A program made the translations under genes and the position numbers. The notes below the pieces were generated by a model. That model made no database searches. It was not told where the DNA came from and was given only the letters and a program-made list of their open reading frames with translations. Below, one piece after another: positions 1 through 9,424 of a DNA stretch of 64,000 nt. This stretch comes from Flavobacteriales bacterium (GTDB taxonomy: Bacteria > Bacteroidota > Bacteroidia > Flavobacteriales_C > GCA-002722245), in contig PBLA01000001.1 of the NCBI GenBank assembly GCA_002722245.1, positions 22,292-86,291 on the forward strand, in the 5' to 3' direction. How positions within the stretch are numbered: position 1 is the stretch's first letter; the number at the start of each line of letters is the position of its first letter.

Positions 1-172
1 CGAGAAAACCGATTAGAAAGAGTGTCCAAAACCAACTTGTGAAAATAAAACTGGCAATAATCAGAAGGGCGCAAGGAACACCATAAAGCCATTCTTTTTT
101 CACCAATGATATTGTGGCAACGGATATGTACTTTTTCTTTTCGAGCTCGTATCTTTTTGTGATTACTTTCAT
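1..172 (-). CDS. Partial CDS (5' part only, runs off window start); hydrophobic N-terminus MKVITKRYELEKKKYISVATISLVKKEWLYGVPCALLIIASFIFTSWFW; hypothetical membrane protein
   Basis: Manual reverse-complement translation from ATG at 172-170 is open to position 1; not in ORF track because truncated. Confidence 0.35.
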   Translation of the reverse strand, partial: MKVITKRYELEKKKYISVATISLVKKEWLYGVPCALLIIASFIFTSWFWTLFLIGFL

Positions 173-418
173 ACAAGAAAAATTTCGTGCAAAGATACAA
201 TATTTATAGGCAGTAATGGTAGTTAATGAATGGGTTTACTTATAAACAATGTTAAATTATATTACTCAACAGATGTTTTGCCCGATTATTGATCAGATAG
301 CTTGAACTATTCGGTAAAATGATTGTTTCTCTCTTAGTCATAGACTAAACCAATAAATTTGTAAGAATTATTGATGTTTGGCCGCATTGTTTTACGTTGT
401 ATTTTTTAGTTTTGAAAT

Positions 419-1309
419 ATGTTACTTGATAAACGAATACCCTTAAGTTATATAGTTAAAAAGGTTAAAATGGAAATTTTGGTGGTATTGCTATTTACTA
501 CTGCTATTATTTTCGCCAAACAGTATTTACATATACCATTTGAATTACCACCTACGATACCTGCAGGTTTAGGTACTGCTATATCGCTTGTTCTTGCTTT
601 TAAACTTAATCAATCCTATGACCGATGGTGGGAGGCTAGGAAGATTTGGGGAGCTATCGTAAATGACTCTCGTTCTTTAAGTATTCAATTTATCAATTTT
701 ACACTGGATCAATCTCGACACGAAATTAGAGATTGTATTTATCGTCAGATTGGTTGGTGTTATGCGCTTTCTAATGCATTAAGAAAAACAGGTGACTATT
801 CCAGATCAGCATCTTTTTTATCCAAAGAAGAATATGCTGCTGTTAAAAGTTCTTCTAACGCACCTCTTTTGATAGCGAGCTTTATTTCATCGGATATTCG
901 AACATTATTTAAAGATGGGCAGTTAAATCAATTTCAACAGGTTCAAATGGATGATACCATGGTGCGCTTAGTAGCCTCAATGGGTAAGGCGGAACGTATT
1001 AAGAATACTGTTTTTCCAAAAACATACCGAATGTTTTTAACGTTTTTTGTGTACATATTCCTTTTAACATTGGCCATTTCATTATCAGATCTTCATCCTG
1101 CTTTTGAAATTCCTTTATTAGTTACAATTGCCTTGCCTTTTTTCTTATTAACGAAAACGTCTGTTGCGATTCAAGACCCTTTTGAGGACTTACCAACTGA
1201 TACATCAATGCTTGCTATTTCCGAGACAATTGAAACAAACTTAAAGGAGTTAATACAAGATCAATCTCCTGTTGTGAAGGAATCTGATCGAGAGTTTTAC
1301 TATATGTAA
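419..1309 (+). CDS. Bestrophin-like / UPF0187 (YneE) family putative anion channel
   Basis: 296 aa, TM segments flanking the conserved SYDRWWEAR motif typical of bacterial bestrophin homologues. Confidence 0.7.
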   Translation: MLLDKRIPLSYIVKKVKMEILVVLLFTTAIIFAKQYLHIPFELPPTIPAGLGTAISLVLAFKLNQSYDRWWEARKIWGAIVNDSRSLSIQFINFTLDQSRHEIRDCIYRQIGWCYALSNALRKTGDYSRSASFLSKEEYAAVKSSSNAPLLIASFISSDIRTLFKDGQLNQFQQVQMDDTMVRLVASMGKAERIKNTVFPKTYRMFLTFFVYIFLLTLAISLSDLHPAFEIPLLVTIALPFFLLTKTSVAIQDPFEDLPTDTSMLAISETIETNLKELIQDQSPVVKESDREFYYM

Positions 1310-1318
1310 ACGGGTATT

Positions 1319-1891
1319 TTGAGCAAAACACATTATTACTTTAAACTTAATAAACCACCTAAAGTACTTAGTCAGTTTGTTCGTGTGCAAAAACGTAAGA
1401 AGCGTCTTTTAGGGGAATTATATGATTTTCCTGAGCACACGATGTCTGTTGGGCGTTTAGACGAGAATTCAGAGGGCTTATTATTGCTCACAACCAATGG
1501 AAGAGAAAGTGATCGGATTTGTAGATCGGGTGTGGAAAAAGAATATTATGTTCAGGTTGATGGATGTATTACCCATGAAGCGATTCTCCAATTACAACAA
1601 GGAGTAGAGATTGGTGTAAATGGTGAAAAATATCTCACTAAACCCTCTAAAGTATTCGTGCTTGACAAGACTCCGTACAATGAGCCTGGGTATAGGATTA
1701 GAGATGATAGACATGGTCCAACATCTTGGGTGTCCATTACGATAAAGGAAGGGAAATTTCGTCAGGTACGAAAAATGACTGCAGCGGTTGGTTTTCCAAC
1801 ATTGCGTTTAGTTCGTTGGCGAATTGGAAACATTACTTTAGAAGGCATGAAATCAGGTGAAGTCGTAGCGTTAAATTTTTTTGACGCCTAA
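1319..1891 (+). CDS. rluE: RNA pseudouridine synthase, RsuA/RluE family (no S4 domain)
   Basis: N-terminal YYFKLNKPPKVLSQF and catalytic-Asp motif GRLDENSEGLLLLTTNG; 190 aa. Confidence 0.7.
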   Translation: MSKTHYYFKLNKPPKVLSQFVRVQKRKKRLLGELYDFPEHTMSVGRLDENSEGLLLLTTNGRESDRICRSGVEKEYYVQVDGCITHEAILQLQQGVEIGVNGEKYLTKPSKVFVLDKTPYNEPGYRIRDDRHGPTSWVSITIKEGKFRQVRKMTAAVGFPTLRLVRWRIGNITLEGMKSGEVVALNFFDA

Positions 1892-1963
1892 ACTGTATCT
1901 TTTTAAAATCTACTGCATTATACTAGTGGTTGAGTAAACCAACTGCCTTATATACATAAAGAT

Positions 1964-1995
1964 AAAGCGCCCTTCGTCCGGGGCGCTTTTTTATT
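1964..1995 (+). terminator. Rho-independent terminator after rluE (AAAGCGCCC-ttcgtccg-GGGCGCTTT followed by T-tract)
   Basis: 9-bp perfect GC-rich stem plus TTTTTT read directly in sequence. Confidence 0.6.
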
Positions 1996-2104
1996 TTTAT
2001 CTCTGATTTTTTAGTGAGTGTGCTTTAAAAAGACATTTGAATACTTCAAATACGGATATAATGGATGCCTTAAACATTGTATATTTGCATCAAATTTTGA
2101 AGTT

Positions 2105-4729
2105 ATGAGCAGTTTAGCAAAAACCTATGATCCGTCGAAAGTAGAGGAGAAATGGTATGACTACTGGATGAAGAATGATTTGTTTAGTAGCAAGCCTGAT
2201 GAAAGAGAGGCTTATACTATTGTTATACCTCCGCCGAACGTGACAGGTCAATTGCATTTAGGCCATACATTAAATAATACACTCCAAGATGCGTTGATTC
2301 GCAAGGCAAGATTGGAAGGTAAAAATGCATGTTGGGTTCCCGGAACCGATCATGCATCCATTGCTACTGAAAATAAAGTTTTGGACTTGTTAGCCGAGCA
2401 AGGAATTAAAAAAGAAGACCTTACACGAGATGAGTTTTTAAAGCACGCTTGGGATTGGACGGATAAATACGGAGGAATCATTTTAAAGCAGTTGAGAAAA
2501 CTAGGCGCTTCATGTGACTGGGATAGAACCGCTTTTACGATGGATAAGAATTTACACGATTCCGTTATCAAAGTTTTTGTTGATTTATTCAATAAGGGAT
2601 ACATCTATCGTGGAGCTAGAATGGTGAATTGGGATCCAATGCGTAAAACGGCACTTTCTGATGAAGAAGTTTATCATACTGAAGAAAATTCAAGATTATT
2701 TCACATTAAATATCAAATTGCAGGAAGTGATGAGTTTTTAACCATCGCTACAACACGGCCTGAAACTTTATTGGGAGATACGGCAATTTGTGTAAACCCT
2801 AATGATGAAAGATATACTCACCTAAAAGGTGCTAAAGCAATTGTACCTCTTGTGAACCGAGAAATTCCTGTGATTTTTGACGAGTATGTTGATATGGAAT
2901 TTGGTACAGGTGCTTTAAAGGTAACACCAGCACACGATATTAATGACTACAACTTAGGTGCAAAACATGATTTGGAGTCTATTGAAATTTTAAATGATGA
3001 CGGCACTTTAAATGAATCGGCTCAATTATATGTTGGCGTTGATCGTTTTGAAGCGAGAAAGAAAATCGCGAAAGAATTAGAAGAAAAAGGACAGCTGGAT
3101 AAGATTGAGGATATTCGAAATAAAGTAGCGCGTTCGGAAAGATCTAAAGTTGTTATTGAGCCTAAGCTATCTACGCAATGGTTCTGTAAAATGGAAGAGA
3201 TTGCCAAGCCTGCTTTAGATCAGGTTTTAGATAATACCATTGAGTTTTTCCCAAAGAATGCTGTAAATACCTACAAGCATTGGTTAGAGAATATTAACGA
3301 TTGGTGTATTTCCCGTCAGTTGTGGTGGGGACAACAAATTCCGGCTTATTTCTACGGAAAAGGTCAGAATGATTTTGTTGTTGCTGAAACAGCTGAAGAG
3401 GCATTAAAGTTAGCTCAAGATAAAACAGGGAAATCTGATTTAAAAGCTGAGGACCTAAGTCAAGAGACTGATGTGGTGGATACTTGGTTCTCATCGTGGT
3501 TATGGCCAATGTCTGTTTTTAACGGAGTTTTAGAGCCAGACAATGAAGAGTTTAATTACTACTACCCCACAAATGTGTGTGTCACTGGTCAAGATATAAT
3601 CTTCTTCTGGATTGCCAGAATGATTATGGCTGGATTAGAATATAAAAATCAGTTCCCATTTAAAGATGTTTACTTCACTGGTTTAGTGCGTGATGAGAAG
3701 CGTAGAAAAATGAGTAAGAGTTTAGGAAACTCGCCAGACTTATTTGAAACCTTTGAAAAGTATTCAGCAGACGGTGTTCGGTTAGGGGTGTTGTTATGTG
3801 CTCCTGCTGGGAATGACTTGTTATACAGTCATGATTTAAGTAAGCAGGGTAGAAATTTTGCGAATAAGGTTTGGAATGCTTTACGATTAGTTGATGGTTG
3901 GAAAATAGATGAATCTTTGGAGCAACCTGAATTAAAGCCTGCAATAGAATGGTTTGATGCTAAACTAAGAGCTGCTGTGGTTAAGGTGAATGATTCATAC
4001 TCGAAGTATAGATTATCAGAGGCTGCAATGGAAATCTATAAATTGATTTGGGATGATTTTTGTTCTTGGTATTTAGAAATGATTAAGCCAGGGTTTGAGC
4101 AGCCAATTTCGAGAGAAATTTATGATGCCACCATGAACTTTTTTGATGAATTAATGGTTTTATTGCACCCAATGATGCCCTTCATTACAGAAGAGGTTTG
4201 GCAGAATGTAAAAGAAAGAAAAGAGGGTGCGTCTATTATGACTGCCTCTTGGCCTTCTGCTGAAGGTGAGAATGAAGAACTTATTTCTTTTGGTGAGAAA
4301 ATGCAAGAGTTAGTTTCGGGAATCAGAAACTTACGAAGTCAGCAAGGAATGAGTCCTAAAGATGCTATTGACGTTTTTATTTCATCTTCTGATAAAGGAT
4401 ATGAAACCTATAAGGGGTTAATTGCTAAGTTGGCTAATGTATCCAAGTTAGAATACACTTCGGAAAGTATTTCTGGAGCGAAGTCGTTCATTATTGGAAC
4501 GGATGAAATTTTCATTCCAGTTGAAATCGATACTGAAAAAGAGAAAGCTGAAATGCAAAAAGAGCTTGATCGTCAGAAAGGTTTCTTAAAAGGAGTAGAG
4601 AAGAAGTTAAGTAACGAAAGATTTGTGAACAATGCTCCTGAGGCAGTTGTTGCTTCGGAAAAGAAAAAACAAGCTGATGCGATTGCTAGAATTGAGATTT
4701 TGCAGAAGTCTTTAGCGGAGTTGAGTTAA
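2105..4729 (+). CDS. valS: Valyl-tRNA synthetase
   Basis: HIGH-type motif PPPNVTGQLHLGHTLN, KMSKS motif (KMSKSLGN), C-terminal coiled coil; start moved to MSSLAKTYDPSKVEEKWY (ORF track extends upstream to 2018). Confidence 0.95.
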   Translation: MSSLAKTYDPSKVEEKWYDYWMKNDLFSSKPDEREAYTIVIPPPNVTGQLHLGHTLNNTLQDALIRKARLEGKNACWVPGTDHASIATENKVLDLLAEQGIKKEDLTRDEFLKHAWDWTDKYGGIILKQLRKLGASCDWDRTAFTMDKNLHDSVIKVFVDLFNKGYIYRGARMVNWDPMRKTALSDEEVYHTEENSRLFHIKYQIAGSDEFLTIATTRPETLLGDTAICVNPNDERYTHLKGAKAIVPLVNREIPVIFDEYVDMEFGTGALKVTPAHDINDYNLGAKHDLESIEILNDDGTLNESAQLYVGVDRFEARKKIAKELEEKGQLDKIEDIRNKVARSERSKVVIEPKLSTQWFCKMEEIAKPALDQVLDNTIEFFPKNAVNTYKHWLENINDWCISRQLWWGQQIPAYFYGKGQNDFVVAETAEEALKLAQDKTGKSDLKAEDLSQETDVVDTWFSSWLWPMSVFNGVLEPDNEEFNYYYPTNVCVTGQDIIFFWIARMIMAGLEYKNQFPFKDVYFTGLVRDEKRRKMSKSLGNSPDLFETFEKYSADGVRLGVLLCAPAGNDLLYSHDLSKQGRNFANKVWNALRLVDGWKIDESLEQPELKPAIEWFDAKLRAAVVKVNDSYSKYRLSEAAMEIYKLIWDDFCSWYLEMIKPGFEQPISREIYDATMNFFDELMVLLHPMMPFITEEVWQNVKERKEGASIMTASWPSAEGENEELISFGEKMQELVSGIRNLRSQQGMSPKDAIDVFISSSDKGYETYKGLIAKLANVSKLEYTSESISGAKSFIIGTDEIFIPVEIDTEKEKAEMQKELDRQKGFLKGVEKKLSNERFVNNAPEAVVASEKKKQADAIARIEILQKSLAELS

Positions 4730-4749
4730 GTTGTTAAATCGTTAGAGGT

Positions 4750-5706
4750 GTGCCTATTTATAATTTTCCATACCGCTTAAAGTTTAAAACTCCCTTTAAA
4801 ATCGCATCGGTAGAGCGAACAGGGACAGATAACTTATATCTTAAGTTTACAAAAGACGGTTTTGTAGGTTGGGGAGAGGCCGTTTTTCCACCCTACATTG
4901 AGGAAAATCAGCAAACAGCAATTACACGTTTGGCTGATTTGAATTGGGGGTTTTTGGATGAAGCTGAATTGTTTCGATTAATTCAACAGAACCAAATTAT
5001 TTTAAAACAGGAACCATCCTTAGCTTGTGCTATGGAATGTTGTTTATTGAACTGGTTGGCGGCATTTAAAAAAATAGGGCTTCACGCGCTCTTGGGATTA
5101 AATGAAGTAAAAAAAGAAACCTCATATACGATTGGTATAAGTTCGGATCAAGCGATGGAGGAAAAGGTGGTTAATACGCCTGAAGCGACTTATTTTAAGT
5201 TAAAGGTTAATGAAAACGAAATAGAAAGAATTGTTAATACCTATGTTTCTCTTACCTCTAAACCTTTTGTTGTAGATGCTAACCAGGGTTTTTCTAATCG
5301 TGAAAAGGCGTTGTATTGGGCTTCTGAATTAGATAAAATGGGTGTTGCTTATTTTGAACAACCGTTTGATAAAGAGGATTTTGAATCGCATGAGTGGCTC
5401 AAAAATCATGTAAACATTCCCATTATTGCGGATGAGTCTTTTCAACGCATTACTGATCTTGAAAAAGCATTTAAATCCTTCGATGGGATTAATGTTAAAA
5501 TAATAAAAACGGGTGGTGTGTTGGAGGCTAAAAGGTGTTTGCTACAAGCAAAAAAATTAAAGATGATAACGGTTTTAGGCTGTATGTCTGGTTCGTCTAC
5601 TTCTATTCAGTCTGCATCTGCATTACGTGATTTGGCGGATTTTGTGGATTTGGATGGTGTGTATTTAATTGAAAATGACCCTGATTTGAATAAAATGGGA
5701 ATGTAA
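4750..5706 (+). CDS. Enolase-superfamily enzyme, MLE subgroup (o-succinylbenzoate synthase / dipeptide epimerase-like)
   Basis: KxK motif (YFKLKVN), VDANQG metal ligand, ADES, KIIKTGG second catalytic Lys; 318 aa. Confidence 0.65.
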   Translation: MPIYNFPYRLKFKTPFKIASVERTGTDNLYLKFTKDGFVGWGEAVFPPYIEENQQTAITRLADLNWGFLDEAELFRLIQQNQIILKQEPSLACAMECCLLNWLAAFKKIGLHALLGLNEVKKETSYTIGISSDQAMEEKVVNTPEATYFKLKVNENEIERIVNTYVSLTSKPFVVDANQGFSNREKALYWASELDKMGVAYFEQPFDKEDFESHEWLKNHVNIPIIADESFQRITDLEKAFKSFDGINVKIIKTGGVLEAKRCLLQAKKLKMITVLGCMSGSSTSIQSASALRDLADFVDLDGVYLIENDPDLNKMGM

Positions 5707-5804
5707 AATACCATTCTTGGCTATTTATTTATGTATACGTATTATTTTGAGCCAATTGTCAAATTTTTGACGATTAATTTACTGAAGGAGTGTATTTTTA
5801 GGGT

Positions 5805-7049
5805 ATGAACAGAGTCGCATTATTTCTTACCGTAATTTCTTTAATTGGACTGGCTTTTGACGTTTACTTTTATCATGGGGTAAAAAGTGTTTTTAATACT
5901 GGAAAGTATTCAAGTTATTTTAAATACGGTTATTGGACGGTAAGTTATTGTTATTACCTCTATTCTGTTATTACAATTACCTTATTGTTATTTGGTTATG
6001 AGGCGGGAAGGTTTGGTAAAATACTTGGCCAGGTATTTTTTTTCCTTTTATTTCTTCCTAAGGTGCTTTCCTCTGTGTTTTTAATTTTTGATGATATTAT
6101 TCGTTTAGTTCGGTTTTTAATTGGAAGTTTCTTTTCTAAGGATGTGTCTGGACGTACGGCAGAATCAGGAATAAGTAGGTTACGTTTTTTACAATTGTCT
6201 GCATTAGGTTCATTTGGATTGTTATTAAGTTCTCTAACTTATGGTGTGATAAAAGGTGGATATAATTACACCGTTCAGAAGTTGAAAATTAAAATCCCGA
6301 ATCTCCCAAAGGAGTTTGAAGGAATGAAAATTGCGCAGGTTTCAGATTTACATGTGGGAAGTTTTATGAGCTTGGAACCCATGAAAGAGGCGGTTAATTT
6401 GATTAATGAACAAGATGTTGATATGCTTTTTTTTACGGGTGATTTGGTAAATGATAAGGCAGAGGAGGCTTTAGATTTTATTGATGTATTCAAAAATATT
6501 AAACACAAGGTTTATTCTGTTTTAGGTAATCATGATTATCCTGAGTATATATACGCTAGGGATGATCACGCTTCCAGAAAGCATAACTTTGATTTAATGG
6601 TGGATATTCATAAAAAAATGAATTTTGATTTGCTTTTAAATGAGCATCGTATAGTTGAGCGAAACGGGAAGAAGATGGCCATTATTGGTATTGAAAATTG
6701 GGGAAGTAGTTTCTCTAAATATGGTGATATGAAAAAAGCTTATGAAGGTACGCAAGAGGCTGATATGAAATTGTTGCTTTCTCATGATCCAAGCCACTGG
6801 GATTTGCAGGTGCGACCTGACTACTCGGATGTAGCTGTTACATTCTCTGGCCATACACATGGTATGCAATTTGGTGTTGAAGCTTTTGGGGTTAAGTTTA
6901 GTCCTGCTCAGTGGGTGTATAAACAATGGGCTGGGTTATACAAAGAAGGTCCTCAGCAACTTTATGTGAATAGGGGATTAGGTTTTATTGGTTATCCCGG
7001 AAGGGTGGGTATAAGCCCTGAAATTACGGTTTTTGAACTTACTTCCTAA
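5805..7049 (+). CDS. Membrane-anchored calcineurin-like metallophosphoesterase
   Basis: N-terminal multi-TM region then GDLVND, GNHDYPE, GHTHG phosphoesterase motifs. Confidence 0.8.
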   Translation: MNRVALFLTVISLIGLAFDVYFYHGVKSVFNTGKYSSYFKYGYWTVSYCYYLYSVITITLLLFGYEAGRFGKILGQVFFFLLFLPKVLSSVFLIFDDIIRLVRFLIGSFFSKDVSGRTAESGISRLRFLQLSALGSFGLLLSSLTYGVIKGGYNYTVQKLKIKIPNLPKEFEGMKIAQVSDLHVGSFMSLEPMKEAVNLINEQDVDMLFFTGDLVNDKAEEALDFIDVFKNIKHKVYSVLGNHDYPEYIYARDDHASRKHNFDLMVDIHKKMNFDLLLNEHRIVERNGKKMAIIGIENWGSSFSKYGDMKKAYEGTQEADMKLLLSHDPSHWDLQVRPDYSDVAVTFSGHTHGMQFGVEAFGVKFSPAQWVYKQWAGLYKEGPQQLYVNRGLGFIGYPGRVGISPEITVFELTS

Positions 7050-7063
7050 TAGTAGAGGTTTCG

Positions 7064-7747
7064 TTAATGTGCTTGATCTCCGAGGTTAAAGGCATATTGA
7101 ATAATATTTGCCCCCATTTGAAGCGCTTTTGTTCGTGTTTCTTTGTCGTCATTATGTACTTCTTGATCTTCCCATCCATCCCCTAAATCAGATTCGTAGG
7201 TGTATAGTACAACAAGTTTACTTTCATGAAATAAGCCAAATGCTTGCGGTGGTTTATTGTCATGTTCATGAATTTTAGGTAGTCCATTTTGAAAATCAAA
7301 GGTTTGATGAAATATGGGATGTGCGTAAGGAAGTTCAATAAGTTTTTGGTTAGGAAATACTTTTTTTAGTTCTCTTCGAATAAATTTATCCATACCGTAA
7401 TTGTCATCAATATGAAGGAAACCTCCATTTGTAAGGTATTTTTTTAAATTATTGACATCATTTCCTGATAAAATGATATTGCCATGACCTGTAAGATGTA
7501 AAAAAGGATAGTTGAAAATTTCTTCACTCCCTACATGAACTTGCCCTGGTGTAGGATGAATGTCTGTTTTGAGTTGTTTGTTGCAAAATTTTATGAGATT
7601 GGGTACGGATGTGGGGTTGGCATACCAGTCACCGCCACCATTGTATTTTAAAACAGCTATTGAGTATGAAGAGGGTGCTGTAAAGGAATAGACTAAAATT
7701 CCTATACAGATTGAAAAAAATAACGCAATGAGGTGCTTAGTGTTCAT
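7064..7747 (-). CDS. Secreted hypothetical protein (possibly DUF4159-like)
   Basis: N-terminal signal/TM segment; family assignment from memory only. Confidence 0.45.
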   Translation of the reverse strand: MNTKHLIALFFSICIGILVYSFTAPSSYSIAVLKYNGGGDWYANPTSVPNLIKFCNKQLKTDIHPTPGQVHVGSEEIFNYPFLHLTGHGNIILSGNDVNNLKKYLTNGGFLHIDDNYGMDKFIRRELKKVFPNQKLIELPYAHPIFHQTFDFQNGLPKIHEHDNKPPQAFGLFHESKLVVLYTYESDLGDGWEDQEVHNDDKETRTKALQMGANIIQYAFNLGDQAH

Positions 7748-8432
7748 AGTTCATGTTGATGATTGTGCAGGCAACAATTCCGGCAGTTTCTGTTCTTAAA
7801 CGTGATTCGCCTAAACTAATTGGCTGAAAGCCATTTTTTAAGGCGAGTTGAATTTCTTCTTCTGAAAAATCTCCTTCTGGACCAATTAGGATTAGTGTTT
7901 CTTCTCGAAAACTAAGACTTTTTAGGTGCGTTTTTTGTCCTTCGGAACAATGTGCTACAAACTTATTTTTTATGTTGGATTTAACAATTTCATTTACCTC
8001 AGTTAAAGGGTTCAGTTTTGGGAAGTGAAAGTTCTTACTTTGCTTACAGGCAGAGGTGATAATCCTGTTGAGCCGTTCTTGTTTAATACTTTTTCGTTCA
8101 GAATGAAAGCTTAATAGCGGGGTGATTTGAGAAACGCCTATTTCAGTTACTTTCTCTAAAAAAAATTCGAATCGATCAATATTTTTAGTGGGAGCTATTG
8201 CTATGTGTAGGGGTGGTGTGATTTGAGTGAAATGCTTAGTGGATTGAACAGTGTAAAAACATTTTTTTGGACTGGCTTCAGTAATTAATGCAGAATGAAG
8301 ATCCCCATTTCCGTTAGTAATTAGTATTGTGTCGCCTTTTGATTTTCGAAGGACTCGAATACAGTGTTTGCTTTCTGATTCATTTAAATGTCCTGCGATA
8401 ATTTCAGAATTGCTTGCGGTAAAGACTTGCAT
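7737..8432 (-). CDS. rsmE: 16S rRNA (uracil1498-N3)-methyltransferase
   Basis: 231 aa, N-terminal PUA-like and C-terminal SPOUT fold pattern; MQVFTASNSEIIAGHL...IRVLRKSKGDTI typical RsmE N-terminus. Confidence 0.8.
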   Translation of the reverse strand: MQVFTASNSEIIAGHLNESESKHCIRVLRKSKGDTILITNGNGDLHSALITEASPKKCFYTVQSTKHFTQITPPLHIAIAPTKNIDRFEFFLEKVTEIGVSQITPLLSFHSERKSIKQERLNRIITSACKQSKNFHFPKLNPLTEVNEIVKSNIKNKFVAHCSEGQKTHLKSLSFREETLILIGPEGDFSEEEIQLALKNGFQPISLGESRLRTETAGIVACTIINMNYEH

Positions 8433-8466
8433 GGAATAAAATTAATCTTTTGCTTGAAATAGAGGG

Positions 8467-9315
8467 CTATTCTTGGTGATAGTTTTCGTAAGCTTTAGCC
8501 ATAATGGTGTATACTAATGGATATTTGTCAGCTAGGTAATCAAAAGATTGGGTCATTTTTTTCTTTCCAAACTCCCCTCCGGAAAACATCCAAAAGAAAA
8601 CATTGTAAATTTGCTTTTCATTAAAACCTTCTAATTCTTTAAATAAAATTTCTTTGTTTGAATTGATAATTGGTATGGATTCGAAATAAAATTTCTTGGT
8701 GTTTTTACCTGCAACTCTCATGTCGGTGTGTTGAGCGAAAAGTATAAATAATGAAATGTAAGTATTCCTTCCTACAAATTTGGGTCGAAAAATAGTTTGG
8801 ATATATCGCTTCGCTTCTTTTTTTAAGTTGACTTCCTCTACGAGCGAAGAGAAGAAAATTTCAAGTTCAATTCCACTTTTTGGAAATCGGTTTAGAAACG
8901 CACGTTTATAACTTAAATTGGTTTTATTATGAACCATATGTTTATAGGATTCACGCAAACGCGCACATTCCTCTTGAAGCACTTGCTTGTCAATATCTAA
9001 TAAGAAGTTCTCGGTGTATCGCTCTAATTTTTGGATTTCAAATTCCTTTAAAACTACGGGGTGGAAATACTTGTTTTTGACGCCAGCGATGAGTTTGAAT
9101 GTTCCCATTTTTGGTAATGGAAGAGAATAGTTTCCAAATTTATCGGTCACAGTTTGTGCAATAACCCTTTTCTTTTCATGTAATTGTATTTTAACATTGG
9201 GAATAGGGAAGCCTTGTTTACTCGTAATTTTACCATTGAGTTCAAAGGGCTCACTGGAGCTATAAAAAGCGAATCCAATTATACTTATTAGAACAAAATG
9301 TGTGAATTTCTTCAT
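8467..9315 (-). CDS. Secreted hypothetical protein with N-terminal carboxypeptidase-regulatory-like (transthyretin-fold) domain
   Basis: Signal peptide; LNGKITSKQGFPIPNVKIQLHEKK...DKFGNYSL pattern. Confidence 0.5.
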   Translation of the reverse strand: MKKFTHFVLISIIGFAFYSSSEPFELNGKITSKQGFPIPNVKIQLHEKKRVIAQTVTDKFGNYSLPLPKMGTFKLIAGVKNKYFHPVVLKEFEIQKLERYTENFLLDIDKQVLQEECARLRESYKHMVHNKTNLSYKRAFLNRFPKSGIELEIFFSSLVEEVNLKKEAKRYIQTIFRPKFVGRNTYISLFILFAQHTDMRVAGKNTKKFYFESIPIINSNKEILFKELEGFNEKQIYNVFFWMFSGGEFGKKKMTQSFDYLADKYPLVYTIMAKAYENYHQE

Positions 9316-9424
9316 ACCCCCCTTACGGCGATGAAGATTTTTGGTTTTGTCTATATGTGATATGGATAAAAAAGGGTTGAGTTTTCTGTTTAGCTTTTCA
9401 GAAACTTAGTAACTTAAAAATTCT

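Noticed and set aside
1552-1737. Short antisense ORFs from the six-frame track lying entirely inside confidently assigned genes (e.g. 1552-1737, 2350-2604, 3022-3944, 6275-6926, 8880-9080, 10060-10535, 11504-11725, 12289-12480, 14902-15156, 18902-22801, 23559-23831, 24510-24726, 25854-26249, 29800-30033, 36134-36334, 38473-38685, 39469-39666, 45340-45543, 46981-47169, 50275-50790, 53001-53186, 54175-54885, 56583-56774, 57751-57936, 62320-62646, 63637-63822)
   Set aside because: All are embedded in, or in an alternative frame of, genes with strong motif support. They are AT-rich-genome chance ORFs of 60-108 aa with no motifs.
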